64,000 nucleotides of DNA from an uncultured bacterium (GTDB lineage Bacteria > Krumholzibacteriota > Krumholzibacteriia > JACNKJ01). The translations under genes were made by a program, and so were the position numbers. Every line of letters starts with the position of its first letter. Position 1 is the first letter of the stretch. A model generated the notes under the pieces. It saw only the letters and a program-made list of their open reading frames with translations. It did not search any database and was not told where the DNA came from. Shown piece after piece: positions 59,073 to 64,000 of the stretch. Where the stretch lies: positions 2,208,001 through 2,272,000 of the forward strand of contig CAVOFT010000001.1 in the NCBI GenBank assembly GCA_963695095.1. The letters are read 5' to 3'.

Positions 59073-59108
59073 GGCACGGGAAGGGCGGGCGCAGCTCCGC
59101 GCCTGACA

Positions 59109-59242
59109 GCCTTCTCCCATCCGGACTTTTACCGTCGGCTCCGGCTTCGCACCGGATCTGCGGCTCGCGCCGCTCGCGGGCTGGGCTGCCCTCGCGGGAC
59201 AGCCATCACCGCCGGTGGGGACTTGCACCCCGCCCCGAAGGC
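59109..59242 (-). ncRNA. FMN riboswitch (RFN element)
   Basis: GCCTTCGGGGCGGGGTGCAAGTCCCCACCGGCGGT...AGCCCGCGAGC...GATCCGGTG...CCGGAGCCGACGGTAAAAGTCCGGATGGGAGAAGGC, upstream of ribD. Confidence 0.97.
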
Positions 59243-59249
59243 GGCCTCA

Positions 59250-59277
59250 ATTAACCCCCGCCGAGCGAGCTTGTCAA
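59250..59277 (-). promoter_or_regulatory. Sigma70-type promoter of the rib operon
   Basis: Perfect TTGACA (59277-59272) and GTTAAT 16 nt downstream, just ahead of the aptamer. Confidence 0.65.
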
Positions 59278-59295
59278 GGCGGCGGGCCGGGGCGC

Positions 59296-60078
59296 CTAGT
59301 CGAAGATTTCCGCGAAAAACGCCTGCATCTGAGCCCAGGAGCGCAGATCCGCGGCGGCATTGTAGGCGGCGCCAGTGGCCGGATCGTTCCCGGCCGCGCG
59401 CTGCGTGAACGCATGCACCGCGCCGGCGTACATGACGAGCTGGTAGTCCACCTTGGCGGCCTCCATCTCGGCCACGAAGGCCTGGACCTCCTCGGGCGTC
59501 ACCCAGGGATCCGCGGCCCCGTGGCAGACGAGCAGCTTGGCCCGGATGGCCTGGGCGTCGGCCGGGTTCGGCGTGCCCAGGCTGCCGTGGAAGCTGACGA
59601 CGCCCAGCAGCGGCGCTCCACTGCGCGCCAGTTCGAGCGCAGCGCCGCCGCCGAAGCAGTAGCCGATGGCCACCAGGCGCTGCGGATCCACGCGCGGATC
59701 CCGGGCCAGGACATCGAGGGCCGCCCTCAGGCGGGCGCGCAGGAGCGCGCGATCGGCGTAGTACTTGCCCGCTTCCTGGCCCGCGGCGGCGCTGTCGGCC
59801 GGGCGCACGCCCTTGCCGTAGACGTCGGCGGCCAGGGCCACGTAGCCCATGCCGGCCAGCATCTCGGCCCGGTGGCGCTCATTGTCGCTGAGGCCCATCC
59901 ACTGGTGGACGACGAGAACGCCCGGCCGGTGGCCGGCGAGGGCGTCGTCGTAGGCGAGATAGCCCTCGCAGGCGAGCCCCGCGTGCTCGTACTCGAGCGT
60001 CTGGGTGACGAGCTTGGCCTGCACGGGCACGCTCCCGAGGATGAGGATGCTGAGGACGAGAATGGCGGCAGAGCGCAT
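59296..60078 (-). CDS. Exported dienelactone hydrolase family protein
   Basis: Signal peptide; GYCFGG nucleophile elbow, SFHG, HGAADP, HAFT. Confidence 0.93.
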   Translation of the reverse strand: MRSAAILVLSILILGSVPVQAKLVTQTLEYEHAGLACEGYLAYDDALAGHRPGVLVVHQWMGLSDNERHRAEMLAGMGYVALAADVYGKGVRPADSAAAGQEAGKYYADRALLRARLRAALDVLARDPRVDPQRLVAIGYCFGGGAALELARSGAPLLGVVSFHGSLGTPNPADAQAIRAKLLVCHGAADPWVTPEEVQAFVAEMEAAKVDYQLVMYAGAVHAFTQRAAGNDPATGAAYNAAADLRSWAQMQAFFAEIFD

Positions 60079-60270
60079 GGCGACCTCCAGTCGGCGCAAG
60101 GGTGAACAGGTTCACGGAAGCTACACGAGCCGCTGGGCGCTTGCAACGCCGAGGCGAACGCCGCATCTTAGGCAGGCCCCGTGTCCATGCATGCTAGGAT
60201 CTCTGCCACATGTCCAGCTCAGGCGCCGCTCCGGCCGCAAGCGGGGGCGAGCGCGAGGGAGGCTCAAGCG

Positions 60271-61593
60271 ATGCGCAAGCCCGGCATCTGGATCTCGCTG
60301 GCCGCAGTGGCCCTCATCGGTGCCGCTGTCGTCTGGAAGTTCGCCCTGCGCGGCGACGATGCGCCTCGCTATCGCAGCGAGGCTATCGCCCGCGGCGACG
60401 TGGAGCTGCGCATCTCGGCCACGGGCACGCTGAACCCGGTGACCACCGTTCAGGTGGGCAGCCAGGTGAGCGGCACCATCGCCGCCCTCTACGCGGACTT
60501 CAACGACCGCGTGCGCGCGGGCCAGGTGCTGGCCCAGCTCGATCCCACCTTTCTCAAGGCCCAGCTGGCGGAGACGCGGGCCAACCTGACCCGCGCCGAG
60601 GTGCAGTACCGCCAGGCCCTGCGCGACAGCGCGCGCACCGCTCCCCTGGCGGATGAGGGCCTGGTGGCGCAGGCCGATCTCGATGCCGCCCTCACCAGCC
60701 TCGAAGCGGCGCGCGCCTCGGTGGAGGCCGCGCGCGCCTCGCTCGATCGCTCCGAGACGAACCTGCGCTACGCCACGATCAGCTCGCCCATCGACGGCGT
60801 CGTCGTCTCGCGGGACGTGGACGTCGGCCAGACCGTGGCGGCCTCGCTCTCGGCGCCCACGCTCTTCACGATCGCCCAGGACCTGACGCAGATGCAGCTC
60901 GAGGCGGCCGTGGACGAGGCGGACATCGGCGCCATCCGCGACGCTCAGCCGGCCGACTTCACCGTGGACGCCTATCCGGAGCTGCGCTTCACGGGCGAGG
61001 TGTACCAAGTGCGCCTCTCGCCGGAGACGGTCTCGAACGTGGTCACCTACACGGTGGTGATTCGCGTGGCGAACCCGGACCAGAAGCTGCTGCCCGGCAT
61101 GACGGCCAACGTTTCCGTGCTCGTCGACGCCGCGCGCAGCGTGCTCAAGGTGCCGGCGATGGCCCTGCGCTTCAAGCCCACAAGCGCGGCTCCGGCCGGG
61201 GGCGCCCAGGCTGCCGAGTCCGGGCGCAGCGCGAGCGCCCAGGGCCCGCGCCTGCGCGGCGAGCAAGGCCGGCAGGGCGGGGGCATGCCGCCCGGGGCGG
61301 CGCGGGCTGGAGACACGGCCCCGGCCGAGGCCACGGCGCGGGCCGGGGACGCGGCAGACCGCCGGCCGGGCACGGGGGACGGTCAGCTCTACCTGCTTGG
61401 CGAGGAGGACACCCTCGAGTTCCTCCCGGTGCGCACCGGCATCAGCGACGGCAGCTTCACGGCGGTCTACTCGCCCGCCCTCGCCGAGAGCCTGCGCGTG
61501 GTGCTCGCCGTCGAGAGCGGTACGGCAAAGGTCCGGGACCAGGAGGTCGTCAATCCCTTCACCCCGCAGCGGCCCGGCGGCCGGGGCCGCTAG
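60271..61593 (+). CDS. MacA-like efflux periplasmic adaptor subunit
   Basis: N-terminal TM; VQVGSQVSG, ISSPIDG, GQTVAASL..P, VDEADIG, LLPGMTA. Confidence 0.93.
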   Translation: MRKPGIWISLAAVALIGAAVVWKFALRGDDAPRYRSEAIARGDVELRISATGTLNPVTTVQVGSQVSGTIAALYADFNDRVRAGQVLAQLDPTFLKAQLAETRANLTRAEVQYRQALRDSARTAPLADEGLVAQADLDAALTSLEAARASVEAARASLDRSETNLRYATISSPIDGVVVSRDVDVGQTVAASLSAPTLFTIAQDLTQMQLEAAVDEADIGAIRDAQPADFTVDAYPELRFTGEVYQVRLSPETVSNVVTYTVVIRVANPDQKLLPGMTANVSVLVDAARSVLKVPAMALRFKPTSAAPAGGAQAAESGRSASAQGPRLRGEQGRQGGGMPPGAARAGDTAPAEATARAGDAADRRPGTGDGQLYLLGEEDTLEFLPVRTGISDGSFTAVYSPALAESLRVVLAVESGTAKVRDQEVVNPFTPQRPGGRGR

Positions 61594-61611
61594 CTGCGGC
61601 GAGAGGACCTC

Positions 61612-62400
61612 ATGAGCGAGCCCATCATCGACATCCGCGAGGTCATCAAGCTCTACGGCCGCGGTGCGGGCCAGGTGGCTGCGCTGCGCGGCGTCTCCTT
61701 CCAGGTGCAGGCCGGCGAGATGGTGGCGATCATGGGCGCCTCGGGCAGCGGCAAGTCCACCTTGATGAACATCATCGGCTGCCTGGACAAGCCGAGCGCC
61801 GGCCACTACTTCCTCCGCGGTGAGAACGTCGCCCGCCTGGGCCGCGACCAGCTCGCGGTGATCCGCAATCAGCGCATCGGCTTCGTTTTCCAGAGTTTCA
61901 ATCTCCTGGCCCGCACGAGCGCGCTCGAGAACGTGGCCCTGCCGCTCGTCTACAGCGCGGGCAAGGGGGCCGGCGCGGGCATCGAGAAGCGGGCGCGCGC
62001 GAGCCTGGCCCAGGTGGGCCTGGCCGACCGCGCCCACCACGTGCCGAGTCAGCTCTCGGGCGGGCAGCAGCAGCGCGTGGCCGTGGCGAGGGCGCTGGTC
62101 AACGACCCGGCGCTGCTGCTCGCGGACGAGCCCACGGGCAACCTGGACACGCGCACCTCGGTGGAAGTCATGCAGGTCTTCCAGGCCTTGAATGCGAAGG
62201 GCATGACCCTGGCCCTGATCACCCATGAGACGGACATCGCCGAGTACGCGAGCCGGGTGATCGTCCTGCGCGACGGCCTGATCGTGGAAGATCGCCAGAT
62301 CCAGCATCGCCGCGATGCCACGGAGGACCTGCGCCGCCTGCCGGCCGCCGCTGCCGTGCGGCTGCCCGGCCTCGGCGCGGGCGAGGAAGGACACGCATGA
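61612..62400 (+). CDS. MacB/LolD-type ABC ATP-binding protein
   Basis: GASGSGKST, LSGGQQQRVA, ADEPTGNLD. Confidence 0.96.
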   Translation: MSEPIIDIREVIKLYGRGAGQVAALRGVSFQVQAGEMVAIMGASGSGKSTLMNIIGCLDKPSAGHYFLRGENVARLGRDQLAVIRNQRIGFVFQSFNLLARTSALENVALPLVYSAGKGAGAGIEKRARASLAQVGLADRAHHVPSQLSGGQQQRVAVARALVNDPALLLADEPTGNLDTRTSVEVMQVFQALNAKGMTLALITHETDIAEYASRVIVLRDGLIVEDRQIQHRRDATEDLRRLPAAAAVRLPGLGAGEEGHA

Positions 62401-63614
62401 GGGTCTGGTTGCTCTTCAAGGTGGCCCTGCGCTCGATCGGCCGCAACAAGATGCGCTCGGGGCTGACCGTGCTCGGCATCGTGATCGGCGTCGGCGCCGT
62501 GATCGCAATGATCGGCATCGGCGAGGGCGCCTCCAACCAGGTGCAGTCGCAGATCTCGGCCCTGGGCGACAACCTGATCAACGTCTTCCCGGGCTCCTTC
62601 GCCGGCGGCGGCCGCCACACGGGCGCGGGCAGCATGTCCTCGCTGACCGAGGACGACGCCAAGGCCATCGAGGCGCAGGTGCCCAACATCACGCGGCTCA
62701 GCCCCACGGCCGACTCGCGAGGCATGCTCGTCTACGGCAGCCAGAACTGGTTCACGAACATCCAGGGCGGCGACGCCGACTACTTCGACATCCGCAGCTG
62801 GCCGGTCGTGGCGGGCGCCGGCTTCAATGATTCGGCCGTGCGCAGCGTGGCCAAGGTGGCCGTGATCGGGCAGACCGTGTCGACGCAGCTCTTCCAGGGC
62901 GAGGACCCGATCGGCAAGATCATCCGCGTGCAGAAGATGCCCTTCACGGTGGTCGGCGTCCTCAGTCGGAAGGGCCAGAACAGCTGGGGCCGCGACCAGG
63001 ACGACGTGATCATCGTGCCCTACACGACGGTGATGAAGCGGCTCTCTGGCCAGACCAAGATTTCGATGATCCTCGCCTCGGCCAGCTCGGCCGAGGTGGT
63101 GCCGCAGACAGTGACCAGCATCGAGGAGCTGCTGCGCCAGCGCCACAAGATCGGGCGCGGCGCGGACGACGACTTCACCGTGCGCACCCAGCAGGACATC
63201 GCCAGCGTGATGGGCTCGACCTCGCGCGTGATGCGCATCCTGCTGGCCGCCATCGCCTCGGTGTCGCTCCTGGTCGGCGGCATCGGCATCATGAACATCA
63301 TGCTGGTCTCGGTCACCGAACGCACGCGGGAGATCGGCATCCGCATGGCCGTCGGCGCCAAGGGCTGGCACATCCTGATCCAGTTCCTGGCCGAGGCGGT
63401 GGTGCTGGCCGCATTCGGCGGCCTGGCCGGCATCGGCCTCGGCTTCGGAGCGGCCAAGCTGGTTTCGCATTTCGCGCACTGGCCGATCCTGGTGCCGCCG
63501 GACGCCGTGCTGCTGGCCTTCCTCTTCGCCGCCGCCGTCGGCGTCTTCTTCGGCTTCTGGCCCGCGCGCAAGGCCTCGCGGCTGGATCCCATCGAGGCCC
63601 TGCGCTACGAGTGA
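62397..63614 (+). CDS. MacB/FtsX-type ABC permease
   Basis: LGIVIGV, GGIGIMNIMLVSVTERTREIGIR, PIEALRYE. Confidence 0.96.
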   Translation: MRVWLLFKVALRSIGRNKMRSGLTVLGIVIGVGAVIAMIGIGEGASNQVQSQISALGDNLINVFPGSFAGGGRHTGAGSMSSLTEDDAKAIEAQVPNITRLSPTADSRGMLVYGSQNWFTNIQGGDADYFDIRSWPVVAGAGFNDSAVRSVAKVAVIGQTVSTQLFQGEDPIGKIIRVQKMPFTVVGVLSRKGQNSWGRDQDDVIIVPYTTVMKRLSGQTKISMILASASSAEVVPQTVTSIEELLRQRHKIGRGADDDFTVRTQQDIASVMGSTSRVMRILLAAIASVSLLVGGIGIMNIMLVSVTERTREIGIRMAVGAKGWHILIQFLAEAVVLAAFGGLAGIGLGFGAAKLVSHFAHWPILVPPDAVLLAFLFAAAVGVFFGFWPARKASRLDPIEALRYE

Positions 63615-63634
63615 CCCGCCCCCGGGGGCGGGTC
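63613..63634. terminator. Perfect 22-bp palindrome at the end of the ABC operon (possible terminator or RNA-stability hairpin)
   Basis: GACCCGCCCCCGGGGGCGGGTC overlaps the stop codon; no U tract. Confidence 0.45.
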
Positions 63635-63914
63635 GGCGCTATGCCGGCGCCGGCCGCCCCGGAGCCAGCTGCGGTCCAAGGTGAAGGTGGGCCCGCTGGC
63701 ATCCTCGCGGTCGCCGGCGCCGGAATCCAGAACCTGCCGGGAATCTTGTCCGTCCTCCTTCATTCCCACCGGGGTGAACAACCCGGCCCCGACGGGGCCT
63801 CGACAAGCGGGTTTCGGACCCGATGGAGTGCTGTGCGCGGCGCGCTCGCGCGTGCAATCCCCGACGGAATTGCTACACTATGCGTGAACCTCGCGCGAAG
63901 GAGAGGCCCCGTCC

Positions 63915-64000
63915 ATGAGCGAGCCGAGTCCGCCCGCCGTCACCCGTCGGCTCGATACCCGCGGCAGCTACTGCCCGCGGCCCGTGATCGACACTGACAA
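63915..64000 (+). CDS. TusA-family sulfur carrier protein, 5' part only (runs off the window)
   Basis: Not in the ORF track; MSEPSPPAVTRRLDTRGSYCPRPVID carries the LD.RG..CPxP motif; GGAGAGG RBS and TACACT -10-like element upstream. Confidence 0.82.
   Translation, partial: MSEPSPPAVTRRLDTRGSYCPRPVIDTD

Noticed and set aside
60121..63479. Minus-strand ORFs 60121-62394 and 62049-63479
   Set aside because: Shadows of the MacAB-type efflux genes.
59296..63614. Dienelactone hydrolase plus MacAB-type operon as a novel system
   Set aside because: Both are common and divergently transcribed, with nothing in the sequence linking them functionally.
63605..63763. Minus-strand small ORF MKEDGQDSRQ... 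(~52 aa)
   Set aside because: Weak RBS, no motif, and it overlaps the permease stop and the palindrome.
63761..63830. tRNA gene
   Set aside because: The size is similar, but there is no canonical TTCGA T-loop, 7-nt anticodon loop or D-loop GG.

Overview
This is a very GC-rich bacterial window, coded almost entirely on the minus strand. The YPNP/FlgD-Ig C-terminal sorting domains, gingipain-family protease and DUF2723 gene suggest an FCB-superphylum lineage such as Krumholzibacteria, Eisenbacteria or Latescibacteria; that taxonomy is inference. Reading right to left there are four blocks. (1) A MacAB-type ABC efflux operon and a partial TusA gene on the + strand, then a dienelactone hydrolase. 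(2) An FMN-riboswitch-led ribD-ribE-ribBA-ribH-nusB operon running on into a methyltransferase, a GT4 and a flippase-like gene. (3) A tightly coupled 17-gene, ~27.5 kb glycan operon containing a TMEM260/DUF2723 transferase, polyprenol-P-sugar synthases, YfhO, a CapD-DegT-GNAT triad, Wzx and GTs, together with a PorZ-like beta-propeller and a C25 peptidase that both carry T9SS-type C-terminal domains. (4) A dcw cluster (mraZ to ftsZ, no ddl) with unusual additions: a STAS gene after mraZ, a KP-repeat tail on FtsI, and a downstream TPR-recG-(zinc-ribbon/RomX-like)-(pseudo-receiver/RsbW-like) extension. Four genes have single-base frameshifts, probably long-read indels, although the T9 tract in rsmH is compositionally odd. 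No CRISPR array, tRNA, rRNA or mobile element was seen. All product calls come from motif recognition by eye, not from database searches.
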